From: Bdellovibrionales bacterium
Lineage (GTDB): Bacteria > Bdellovibrionota > Bdellovibrionia > Bdellovibrionales > UBA1609
Direction of reading: 5' to 3'
DNA: 64,000 nt
Assembly (NCBI GenBank): GCA_965219095.1
Contig: CBDCMT010000001.1
Location: 1,920,001-1,984,000, forward strand
Each line of letters opens with the position of its first letter. The first letter of the stretch is position 1. The notes beneath the pieces were generated by a model that was not told where the DNA came from, searched no databases, and saw only the letters and a list, made by a program, of their open reading frames with translations. Positions 30,670 through 40,009 of the stretch are shown here, one piece after another. The position numbers and the translations under genes were made by a program.

Positions 30670-31704
30670 ATGAAAGACCTCAAGTTTGTCGATGAGGTTG
30701 ATGTTCTAGTCTCTTCCGGTAAAGGAGGAGCAGGAGCTTGTAGCTTTCGAAGAGAAAAGGGAGTGAGTCGAGGAGGTCCTGATGGAGGAGACGGAGGAAA
30801 CGGAGGTTCTATCCTTTTTAGCACTCATACCTCTTTAAATACACTTCTAGATTACAGAAGAGTACGTCAGTACAAGGCTCAGAATGGATATCCTGGAGGA
30901 AGTCAAAATTGTACAGGTGCTAAAGGAAAAGATCTTGTACTCAAAGTTCCTGAAGGAACCCTCATTCGTCATTACAATAATCAAGAACTGATTAAAGATC
31001 TTAAAAGGGAGAGTTTATTTTTATTTTTAAAAGGAGGGCGTGGAGGAAAAGGGAACACTTTTTATAAAAGTAGCATTCATCAAGCACCACAGATTTCTCA
31101 GAAAGGCGAGCCTAGTGTGACAAGAAGGATTACTTTAGAATTGCAACTTATTTCTGATATAGGACTTTTAGGTTTTCCCAGTGTAGGAAAGTCTTCTTTG
31201 ATATCTAGAATTTCAGCAGCACGCCCTAAAATTGCAAGCTATCCCTTCACTACACTTCAGCCTCATTTAGGAGTTGTGGATTTAGGAAAACATAAATCTC
31301 TTGTGATAGCTGATCTTCCTGGCATTTTACCAGGAGCTTCAGAGGGCATAGGTCTTGGGTACCGTTTTTTAAAGCACCTTCAAAGGACAAAAGCTTTTTT
31401 GCATATTTTAGAACCTCACATTAGTTCGCAAAGAGAGCCAATTAAAGATTACTTCTTTTTACAAAGGGAACTTATCGAATACGACAAAAAAAATCCAAAG
31501 CCTCATTTACAGAAACCCCTTAAGCAACGTGAACAAATTCTTGTACTTAACAAATGTGATCTTCTCAGTCACTCAGAACAGGATCAAATTGTGTCTCAAT
31601 TCAAGATGAAAGGCTTGGAAATTTTGCCTTTATCTGTTAGTACAGGTTACAATATAGATAGACTCTTAGAGAGAGTCAAAAGGAGGGTTTTTTCTGACAC
31701 GTAA
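30670..31704 (+). CDS. obgE: GTPase ObgE
   Basis: FVDE, GGPDGGDGG, GFPSVGKS, YPFTT, DLPG, NKCD. Confidence 0.97.
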   Translation: MKDLKFVDEVDVLVSSGKGGAGACSFRREKGVSRGGPDGGDGGNGGSILFSTHTSLNTLLDYRRVRQYKAQNGYPGGSQNCTGAKGKDLVLKVPEGTLIRHYNNQELIKDLKRESLFLFLKGGRGGKGNTFYKSSIHQAPQISQKGEPSVTRRITLELQLISDIGLLGFPSVGKSSLISRISAARPKIASYPFTTLQPHLGVVDLGKHKSLVIADLPGILPGASEGIGLGYRFLKHLQRTKAFLHILEPHISSQREPIKDYFFLQRELIEYDKKNPKPHLQKPLKQREQILVLNKCDLLSHSEQDQIVSQFKMKGLEILPLSVSTGYNIDRLLERVKRRVFSDT

Positions 31705-32698
31705 GATTGGTTTGTTCGGTGGGTCTTTTAACCCCATACACAAAGGCCATTTAGCAAGCCTTGATTCTGTACTCAAAGGCTTTGATTTAGAAAGAATACA
31801 AGTTTTACCGGTCTTTAAACACCCCTTTCAAAAAAGCGTAAATCAAACCACAAAAACGCAAAGACTGTGTTTATTGGAAATTGCTCTTAAGAGTTGGGAT
31901 AGAATTCATTTAGATACAAGAGAGCTAGATAGGAGAGGCATAAGTTATACTATCGATACCATAAACTCTTTTTTAAACGAATCTCCTCAATATGAACTCT
32001 ATTGGATCATGGGGGTTGAACAGCTTAAAACCTTTCACAAATGGCACAACTTTAAAGAAATTTTAGAAAAGACAAATTTTATTATCACATCAAGGGGTGT
32101 GATCAAAACACCTGCATGTCAAAATGATCTTCCTTTATACATTAGACCCTATATAGCTTGCTTTAACAGAAAAAAAACTCTCCTTAATACAGGAAAGACC
32201 ATCTATTGGTTTAATGTTCATGAAGTAGAAGTTTCATCTCGAAATATTAGAGAGAAAATCAAACAAGGAAAGCCTTATAAAAAAGATGTAACAAGAGATG
32301 TTTATGAGGTCATAAAAAAAGAGAAGTTGTTTCAATTAGCAAAAAAACCTCTTTCTGCAAAGTCTTTGGCACAGCTGTGTTCTAGGCTTTTAAGAAAAAA
32401 ACTAAACTCTCAGATTGAAGTCTATAAATTCATGTCAGAAAATCGTTTGTTTGATTTTGTTCTTATTGCTTCTGCTAAAAACACAAAACATGCTTCGGCC
32501 ATAGCAGATTACTTAGTCAAAGCTATAAAGAAAAAAACAGACCTTTCCCCTCTTGTTGTAGAAGGAAGGGGTGAAGGGCATTGGATTGTTTTAGATTATA
32601 ATGACCTTATCATACACATTTTTTACGATTATGTAAGACAACGTTTTGAAATTCCTAAATTATGGGAAAGTATGCGAATGAAACCCTCTGGAGTTTAA
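31694..32698 (+). CDS. nadD: NadD-RsfS fusion; probable CTG start at 31694
   Basis: KIGLFGGSFNPIHKGH, SYTIDT, VSS; C-terminal WIVLDYNDLIIHIF...R..FEIPKLW (RsfS/Iojap). Confidence 0.88.
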   Translation: MTRKIGLFGGSFNPIHKGHLASLDSVLKGFDLERIQVLPVFKHPFQKSVNQTTKTQRLCLLEIALKSWDRIHLDTRELDRRGISYTIDTINSFLNESPQYELYWIMGVEQLKTFHKWHNFKEILEKTNFIITSRGVIKTPACQNDLPLYIRPYIACFNRKKTLLNTGKTIYWFNVHEVEVSSRNIREKIKQGKPYKKDVTRDVYEVIKKEKLFQLAKKPLSAKSLAQLCSRLLRKKLNSQIEVYKFMSENRLFDFVLIASAKNTKHASAIADYLVKAIKKKTDLSPLVVEGRGEGHWIVLDYNDLIIHIFYDYVRQRFEIPKLWESMRMKPSGV

Positions 32699-32718
32699 GA
32701 TTTGAAGTAAAAAAAAAG

Positions 32719-32746
32719 AAAACCCCTCTTAAGAAGAGGGGTTTTT
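32719..32746. terminator. Intrinsic, probably bidirectional terminator
   Basis: AAAACCCCTCTT-AAG-AAGAGGGGTTTTT after the nadD-rsfS stop. Confidence 0.85.
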
Positions 32747-32848
32747 CAAATGGAATAGGAGTCTACTTATGATTCTCCACAGCCTCTGTTTTCACAATAG
32801 TCAAGTTTTTTAGTACTATCCATTTTAAAATCCTTACTTGTATTACTA

Positions 32849-33440
32849 GGGCGTGTTATCAATTAATTTAACCAAACCATACAAGAAGCTAACATCACTT
32901 AAGCCTAAGAAGTTTTTTGCCCTTTTTTCATATCTTATTGCCACTTCTCTCAAAGTTCTTTAACCTGAAAAAACTCATTCTCTCAATTTTGTTTCTCAAA
33001 ATGTCTTAGGCTTCTTTTCTTGTTTAACTCAAACGTATAAGACGTCCTAAGCTATCTCACTTACAAGATGAATTTTTGTACTTAAACCTCCTCTGAAGTA
33101 CTCCAAAGCCAAAGTCTTCTTTTTTTGATCCTTCTTCTTTGCACCAGAAAAATGCTGATGAACTCGTACTATAGTGCTATCAATAGAAAGATATTCATTT
33201 TTAGAATCTTTTATAAGATGAGAAAAAATCCTCTTTAGAAATTCCAGATTTCTCCCAACGAGTGAAACGAGAGTGGACGTTCTTTGAGTGTCCATAAGGT
33301 TCCGGAAGAGACTTCTAAGAGGCTTAAGCCTTCAAAGTCCATAGGACTTAAGTTAACAAATTTTTGGAAAGTTTTTTGCTTCTAACTTCTACTCTCATTT
33401 TTCCGATCGCTAAGTAAAAACTCTATCTTCTTCCATGTTT
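32849..33440 (-). mobile_element. Degenerate IS5-family (IS427-like) element
   Basis: CTAGGGCGTGTTATCAATT end; IDSTIVRVHQH, RGGLSTKIH fragments. Confidence 0.75.
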
Positions 33441-33448
33441 TAAATTAT

Positions 33449-33496
33449 GCCTCCTCAAAAGAATCTGTGGGTTCCCGGAGGTTCTTTTGAGGAGGC
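33449..33496 (-). mobile_element. 48-bp ISL3 mini-element
   Basis: Exact reverse complement of 12035-12082. Confidence 0.9.
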
Positions 33497-33501
33497 AAGA
33501 A

Positions 33502-35019
33502 GGCTCCTCCCGGGAATCTGTGGGTAAAAAGTAGTAGAAATCCCCCAAAAAGGCTCATATTAATCAAAGCAAGAGTAAGACATTCTATCTTGTATTTTTG
33601 AGTTCTTTGAGGCCCTTACTGGCCTCTATCACCTCCGGTGATTGAACTCAAAAACATTCATTTTATTTGCTTTTATTTGCTGTATTACATTAAAATTTTA
33701 AAAAAGAAGCACCTACTTCCCAGATGCCTTAAAATGTTATTCAAAAAAAAAAAAGGAGGGAAGAGATGCTTTTGAAGACTATACTAAATGATTGTTTAAG
33801 ATGGAAGTCTTTTGTATACGGAGACATTTATTTTTCAAAAGATAGAAAGTCAATTAATGTTCCTATTAAGGCTCGTAAAAATGGCCAAGCTTTTTGTAGT
33901 GTTTGTAAGAAGCCCTGTTCAGTGTATGACAGCAGTAAATCATCACGGGACTTTGAATCCTTTCCTATTTTAAGTTACAGGGTGTTTTTTGTTTATTTTG
34001 TAAGAAGAGTTAATTGTCCTTGCTGTGGGGTAAAAGTTGAACATTTACCTTGGGCCGATGGTAAGAAGAGTTTAACGATCTTTTACATGAAGTATTTAGC
34101 AGACTGGTGTCGTCACCTGTCTTGGAAAGAGGTTTCTTGTAAGTTTCATGTCAGTTGGAATCAGGTCTATGCTTCGGTAGAATGGGTCGTAGAATATGGT
34201 TTAAAACAAAGGGTTTTAAAGGGAATACAAGCTATAGGTGTAGATGAAATACAATGGAAAAAGAACCATCAGTATCTCACCTTAGTCTATGAAATAAGCA
34301 AAGAAAGTGTTCGTTTGCTATGGATAGGAGAAAAAAGAACAGAAAAGAGTTTTAGAAAATTCTTTGATTTACTAGGAGAGAAGTCAAAAGATATACGGTT
34401 TGTGTGTTCTGATATGTGGAAGCCTTATTTAAAAGTCATAAAGGAGAGGGCAAGTGGAGCTTTACACATATTAGATCGGTTTCATATCGTAGCAAGACTC
34501 AATAAGGCTTTAGACGAAGTGAGAGCTTCAGAACACAAAAAAATGAAAGAAGACGGGTATGAACCCCTTTTAACAAAAGCTAGATGGCCCTTGTTAAAAA
34601 ATGCAGAAAATTTAAAATCTTATGAAAAAGTAAAATTAAGGCATTTAATACAGTACAATTTAAAAAGTATCCTCTGTTATCTTTTAAAAGAAGACTTCCG
34701 ACAGTTATGGACCTATGTTTCACCAACTTGGGCTGGTAAATTTATAGACAGTTGGACGAGACGAGTCATGCTTTCAAAAATTGAACCTATGAAAAGAGAA
34801 GCAAAAACCATACGAAGACATAAGCTACTTATTCTTAATTACTTCAAGGCTAAAAAAACCTTCTCCTCAGGGATTGTAGAGGGTTTAAACAACAAAGTAA
34901 AACTCACTATGAGAAAATCTTACGGCTTTAGAACCTCTAAAGCTATAAAAATCGCCTTATATCATAACCTTGGAAAACTGCCAGAACCTCCGGGAACCCA
35001 CAGATTCTTTTGAGGAGGC
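33502..35019 (+). mobile_element. Full-length ISL3-family element
   Basis: IRL GGCTCCTCCCGGGAATCTGTGGGT, IRR GCCTCCTCAAAAGAATCTGTGGGT; no target duplication seen. Confidence 0.95.
33766..35013 (+). CDS. ISL3 transposase
   Basis: Zn finger, IGVDE, CSDMW, LDRFH, VEGLNNKVK...SYGFR. Confidence 0.96.
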   Translation: MLLKTILNDCLRWKSFVYGDIYFSKDRKSINVPIKARKNGQAFCSVCKKPCSVYDSSKSSRDFESFPILSYRVFFVYFVRRVNCPCCGVKVEHLPWADGKKSLTIFYMKYLADWCRHLSWKEVSCKFHVSWNQVYASVEWVVEYGLKQRVLKGIQAIGVDEIQWKKNHQYLTLVYEISKESVRLLWIGEKRTEKSFRKFFDLLGEKSKDIRFVCSDMWKPYLKVIKERASGALHILDRFHIVARLNKALDEVRASEHKKMKEDGYEPLLTKARWPLLKNAENLKSYEKVKLRHLIQYNLKSILCYLLKEDFRQLWTYVSPTWAGKFIDSWTRRVMLSKIEPMKREAKTIRRHKLLILNYFKAKKTFSSGIVEGLNNKVKLTMRKSYGFRTSKAIKIALYHNLGKLPEPPGTHRFF

Positions 35020-35357
35020 AAAAAATTAAGAATCTATCAGGGTAAGTAATCGTAAGCAGAAAATAGGCCTAAAGAATCCCTTTAAAAGCTTGATAGCTAA
35101 ACTATCAAGTAAAAAAAGCTCATCATCCACACCTACATGGAAAAACAAAATCATTCAAGATGTAGCTCTCTTTTTTAGCGGTCTTTTTTGAACAAGTTGA
35201 TAAAAGGCTTAACGGACTTAAGACTTAAGAAAAGAAAAAAAAGCTCTCTTCTTTTCTCTTCATGAGACAAGTATGGTTCAAAAAAAAACACTTTTTTCAT
35301 AGGAGGCTTGCTTTAAAAAGAACCTTAGGTTATGGTAAAATTAGGGGGATGTGGTAG

Positions 35358-36173
35358 ATGAGTAGAGAGAGAGAGAGTGCGTCATGGATTCCTCTAATAA
35401 CGTGTGTAACAAACTTCTTTGTCTGCTTTTTTGGTTTTTCTTTTCGAAAAAACCAAGCTAAAGAAAAACAAAAAGGATTTACTGTACTAGAGCTTCTTGT
35501 AACAGTAGCCATAGTTGGGGTTTTAGCTAGCATAGGATACTCAGCCTATAACAACTACAAAAGAAAGGCTATTGCTTCTAACGGAAAAGTCTTAGTGTCT
35601 AATCTTTTCACAATGTACAAAACTGTGCTTTATGAACAAAATCCTAAGACAAAACTGGTAACCGGTCTGGGTGGGGGGACTTTCTCTGGCTTTAGCACTT
35701 ACACTGAAGGCTTGGGTTTTAGGGATGCTTTTTATGATTTAGCATGTGATGAGAATGACGGATCTGTATCTTACTTTACAAGTCAAGTTATTGTCTATTT
35801 TGATAGAACAAATTTAAATCCACACGCAATTCTCACTACTTTTTATTTAGGAGGCAATGGCAACGATAATCATTCAGAAGAATGTCCTAGCAAGTACGAA
35901 TTTAAAGATAGTACCGACCGGACTACATCTGCTAGCAGATTACCATTAGTCAATTATCCTCCCCCACAAAGCGTATATCCAAATAGCCTTCATTTTAATT
36001 ATTGTGAAAGTAATAACCCTACTCCTGGTGGTGTTCCTAACCCAATTTGTTATGATGGTGTCGGTGTTGAGATGTACCTAAACAAAACCATAAGAGTTTG
36101 CCTTAACCTTGATGGTTTGGCAACTGATAGCACGAAAGATTGGACTCCTAAAGAATGCGGTGGCTCTCTTTAA
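35358..36173 (+). CDS. Type IV pilin-like protein (start uncertain)
   Basis: Prepilin cleavage motif KG|FTVLELLVTVAIVGVLASIG; multiple Cys in the C-terminal domain. Confidence 0.88.
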   Translation: MSRERESASWIPLITCVTNFFVCFFGFSFRKNQAKEKQKGFTVLELLVTVAIVGVLASIGYSAYNNYKRKAIASNGKVLVSNLFTMYKTVLYEQNPKTKLVTGLGGGTFSGFSTYTEGLGFRDAFYDLACDENDGSVSYFTSQVIVYFDRTNLNPHAILTTFYLGGNGNDNHSEECPSKYEFKDSTDRTTSASRLPLVNYPPPQSVYPNSLHFNYCESNNPTPGGVPNPICYDGVGVEMYLNKTIRVCLNLDGLATDSTKDWTPKECGGSL

Positions 36174-36833
36174 TAGAGTAAAAAAATCTTTTTCCCTTTA
36201 CATTTTAAATAAACCTTACACAGACAAAAGAAACTTCATAAGAATAAAAACAAAAAAATAAGAACTTCGCAAACCCTACTACATAAAAAAAATGGCCTCT
36301 TCAAAAGAATCTGATTCTTTAAAACTTCCTATTCCAGTCACTTACAAGAAAAAAGTAAAAGAAAGGGTTAAAAAGCTTTTAAGCTCAAATGAGCATACTT
36401 AGTGTGTGTAACTATTTTTTTTCACTTTTCTGAGTTTTTGAGCTTTGAAAGCTCTTTGTCTTTTTTCTCAAACAAAGCTTCATTTTCCTCAAACAAAACT
36501 TGTATGAGTCGAAATAGTGGAGTAATTTTTAACGTAACATACTTCATTTACTTCTTTTTTTCAAATTTTAATAAAAATAGTATTGCAAAAAAGACGGTAT
36601 TATGAGATTGCAATTCTTTTTAAAACATGCCTTCTAAAGTTATCACTTCTAAACCCTCTTGTTCTTTTAAATAAGCAAATTTAAGAAAAAATCTGAGCCT
36701 TTAAAAATCAAAGAAAGCTAAAAGGTGGAGTTTACGACCTAAGTTTGACAACACAAGAGATACATAAACATTTTCTGAAGCTCAACTAAAGACTAGTATT
36801 TACTTAGCATGTAGCTTTTTGCTATAATGTAGT

Positions 36834-37583
36834 ATGCTTATTCAATTTTTAGCATTTTTATTCCTTACTTCTTGTAGCACTATAGGACTTAAAAGCACAA
36901 AAAACGAAAAACTCTCACGTTCTTATACACAGCTTGCTACTTCGCTTGTGTTTTCAGGACGTTACCCTGAAGCTATCAAAGAGTTTGAAAATGCCCTTTC
37001 TGTGGATCCTGATAATTTTTTAGCTCACCATAACTTAGGTATAGCTTATATGTCTATTCATCAGTTAGATTTAGCTGAAAAAAGTGTCAGAAAAGCATTA
37101 GAGATAAATCCTAAGTATACACAAGGGTTTAACACCTTGTCTAAAATTTTTATTGAAAAAAAACAATATAATAGAGCAATTCGACTGGCCATTTTCACTC
37201 TTCAAGATTTAACTTACACAGGAGTTGCCACATCTTATCAGAATTTAGGGTTAGCATATTTAAAAAAAGGTAAAAACAAAACCGCACAAGCTTATCTAAA
37301 AAAAGCAATTTCTAAAAACAACAAAGACTGTGGTTCATTTTTTTACTACGGCCTTTCTCTTTTTTATGAAAGAGATTATGAGCATAGCCTTGCAACCTTT
37401 CAGAAAACCCAACGTCTTTGTGAGAAAAGCAACTTTCAAGAACCTATTTATTATACAGGCCTTTCGCTTTTAAAACTGGGCAGAAAAAGTGAAGCCAGAA
37501 CACATTTTTTGAGAATTATTAAGAATCACCCTGAACATGATTATGCTATGAAAGCTAAAAAAGCTTTAAGTTTAACAAGGTAA
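36834..37583 (+). CDS. TPR lipoprotein, PilF/PilW/Tgl-like pilotin
   Basis: Lipobox LTSC; tandem TPRs; lies upstream of a rodZ-like gene. Confidence 0.8.
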   Translation: MLIQFLAFLFLTSCSTIGLKSTKNEKLSRSYTQLATSLVFSGRYPEAIKEFENALSVDPDNFLAHHNLGIAYMSIHQLDLAEKSVRKALEINPKYTQGFNTLSKIFIEKKQYNRAIRLAIFTLQDLTYTGVATSYQNLGLAYLKKGKNKTAQAYLKKAISKNNKDCGSFFYYGLSLFYERDYEHSLATFQKTQRLCEKSNFQEPIYYTGLSLLKLGRKSEARTHFLRIIKNHPEHDYAMKAKKALSLTR

Positions 37584-37588
37584 GATTT

Positions 37589-38461
37589 ATGAGGGTTACA
37601 GGAGGTTTACTCAAACAGACTCGATTACAAAAAGGTGTTTCTATTGAGCAAGTTTCTGATGCTATTAAGGTTAGTATTAGAAAGCTTGAAAGCATTGAAC
37701 AAGGGTGTTGGGAGGATTTACCACGGATTTCTTTTATCAAAGGTTATATAAGAGCTTATGGGGCTTTTTTGGAAATGGACGTCTATCAGTTGATAAGTCA
37801 GTTCGAACAAGAAATTTCTGAAAGTTTCCCTAAAAATATAAAATCTAGCAAGCTTGCTTCTCAAAAAGATGTGGGCGTAAAAACAAGTCATTTACCCACA
37901 CGTGCTGTTGAGGCTCTTTCTATTTTAGCTTTGTTTTTCATTATCTCTGTGGCTCATAAAACTATTGTGCAGTTACAAGAAAAAAACAAAGTTGCTATTG
38001 AAAAAGACACTTTTCAATCCCAAAAGCTAGAAGAGTTTTTTAAGTATGATACAGAAGAAACAATTGAGCAAAAAACCAAAGAAGCTTTTCTTTTTTCTAT
38101 GCTAAAGGTGATTCCAGAAAATGCGGTGTTTGTTTCTCAGCCAAGAGAGGATCTTTTTAAAGTGGTAAATAGACATACTGCTTCAGTAATGGGGAGAGAA
38201 AAACCTGTTAAATCTAGTCTTGAAGAGTTTAAGCAAGAAGTTTTGATACAGGCTGAAGAAGAGTTAAGGGTTTCTTACAAAATTGACAAAAAAGATCCCT
38301 TTTCAAAAACGATCTTGAGAGGAGGGCGGTTGATTATAAAGGGAAGAGAAAGTATATCGCTACGAGTTATGGGTCTTCACAAAACCAAAATCTTTTATAA
38401 CGGCAAGCAAGTTAAAATCCCTCAAGTTCATAATTCTATGGCTTCTTTAAAATTTCCTTGA
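37589..38461 (+). CDS. RodZ-like HTH membrane protein
   Basis: GGLLKQTR...LESIEQG...FIKGYIRAYGAFL, one TM helix, DUF4115-like C-terminus. Confidence 0.8.
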   Translation: MRVTGGLLKQTRLQKGVSIEQVSDAIKVSIRKLESIEQGCWEDLPRISFIKGYIRAYGAFLEMDVYQLISQFEQEISESFPKNIKSSKLASQKDVGVKTSHLPTRAVEALSILALFFIISVAHKTIVQLQEKNKVAIEKDTFQSQKLEEFFKYDTEETIEQKTKEAFLFSMLKVIPENAVFVSQPREDLFKVVNRHTASVMGREKPVKSSLEEFKQEVLIQAEEELRVSYKIDKKDPFSKTILRGGRLIIKGRESISLRVMGLHKTKIFYNGKQVKIPQVHNSMASLKFP

Positions 38462-39099
38462 AAAAAAAAGATCTCTTTGCTAAAGTCTCATTTATGGACT
38501 TTGTTGCTTTTGATCTAGAAACCACAGGTTTTGTCCCTGGTGTAGACAAGATTGTTGAAATTGGAGCCGTTCGCATTAAGAATAAAAAAGTTGATGCTGT
38601 GTTCTCTACTCTTATCAATCCGGAACAACCTATTCCTAAAGCAAGCATCAAAGTACATAAGATTACAAACGAAATGGTTCAGTCTTCACCGAAAATTAAT
38701 CAGATTCTTCTTAAGTTTACAGAATTTTGTAACAATTATGTTATGGTTGCACATAACTCCCAGTTTGACTTTCAGTTCTTAAAAGCCAGTTATGAAAAAG
38801 AGCAAATTCCAACCCCTAACTCTCCTATTGTAGACACTTTGCAAATGGCAAGAAAAGCGTTTCCAGGCCTTCCTAACTATAAATTGCCCACGCTGATTGA
38901 GTTTTTAAAAATACAATCCAAAACATTCCATAGAGCACAAGATGACGCTCTTTATTGTGCTAAGCTGTTTGTCAATTGTACAAAACGTATCTTTAAAGAC
39001 CAAGAGTTTGATGTAGAAAGTATTGCTAAGATTATGAAAAAGCCCGTACTAAAATTCCCGGTAATTGAAACAACAGGCCATCAATATTCATTTTTTTAG
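38458..39099 (+). CDS. DEDDh 3'-5' exonuclease (DnaQ-like)
   Basis: FDLETTG, VAHNSQFD, DTL, HRAQDDA. Confidence 0.92.
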   Translation: MKKKDLFAKVSFMDFVAFDLETTGFVPGVDKIVEIGAVRIKNKKVDAVFSTLINPEQPIPKASIKVHKITNEMVQSSPKINQILLKFTEFCNNYVMVAHNSQFDFQFLKASYEKEQIPTPNSPIVDTLQMARKAFPGLPNYKLPTLIEFLKIQSKTFHRAQDDALYCAKLFVNCTKRIFKDQEFDVESIAKIMKKPVLKFPVIETTGHQYSFF

Positions 39100-39380
39100 G
39101 TTAAAATTTTTTAAAAGTCTGCTTTTTAAGAAAAGTAGTAAGTGGGTATGGGAGCTTTTCGATAGGGGTTTTTCTTGCTTTAGAAAGAGCCTTTGTTTTT
39201 AAGATTTTTGTGATTTTCTTTAGGATGTCAGAGAATTTTTCTTTAAAAGGAACAGAATGTCTGATTGCGTTAAAATGTTTGGTGAAATTTAAATCTTCTT
39301 TTAGCTTATGGGGCTAAAGCTTTTGGGGAATTTTGTTTTTTAAAGAAGCTTTCTTTTGTAAGAAAGCTTCTCGTTAAGAG

Positions 39381-39409
39381 TTGACCCTTTAGGGATTTAA
39401 TTGAATAAT
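39381..39409 (+). promoter_or_regulatory. Candidate sigma70 promoter of the act operon
   Basis: TTGACC-17-AATAAT about 50 bp before actA. Confidence 0.4.
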
Positions 39410-39456
39410 TAAGGTCGCATTTAAAGAGAAAAAACAAGAAGGATGTTGTTTTATCA

Positions 39457-39990
39457 ATGATTAAGTTAGCCTTTTGTATCGTTGTAAGTTGTGTCTTATT
39501 TATAGGCTTACCTGTATTTGTTTACTCACTTACACATAATCAATTATCTTTAGGTTACAATAAAAACTATAAACCTACTCAACCTCTTTCCTTCAGCCAT
39601 GAAAAACATGCAGGTATTTATAAGATTGCTTGTCAGTATTGTCACACAACTACAGAAGTTTCACGTCATGCCTCTTTACCGAGTTTAAACATTTGTATGA
39701 ACTGCCATTTAAATGTAAAAAAATCAGATCCCTCTATTCAAAAATTAAAAAAAGCTTATGATAATAACAGACCTATTTTATGGAAAAAGGTTCACATGCT
39801 ACCTGATTTTGTGAAGTTTAATCACGCCGCTCATGTAAATGCGGGTAAAAAATGTCAAGAATGTCATGGCTCTGTAGAGACTATGCCAGTTGTTCTTCAG
39901 TGGTCGGATCTTTCTATGGGTTGGTGTGTGAACTGTCATCGTAAACCAGAAAATCAAGCACCTATTAACTGTTCAACTTGTCATTATTGA
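39457..39990 (+). CDS. actA: Alternative complex III pentaheme cytochrome c
   Basis: Five CxxCH motifs; QPLSFSH, FNHAAH, LSMGWC. Confidence 0.92.
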   Translation: MIKLAFCIVVSCVLFIGLPVFVYSLTHNQLSLGYNKNYKPTQPLSFSHEKHAGIYKIACQYCHTTTEVSRHASLPSLNICMNCHLNVKKSDPSIQKLKKAYDNNRPILWKKVHMLPDFVKFNHAAHVNAGKKCQECHGSVETMPVVLQWSDLSMGWCVNCHRKPENQAPINCSTCHY

Positions 39991-40009
39991 GAGAAAAGAA
40001 AGGGATAAA

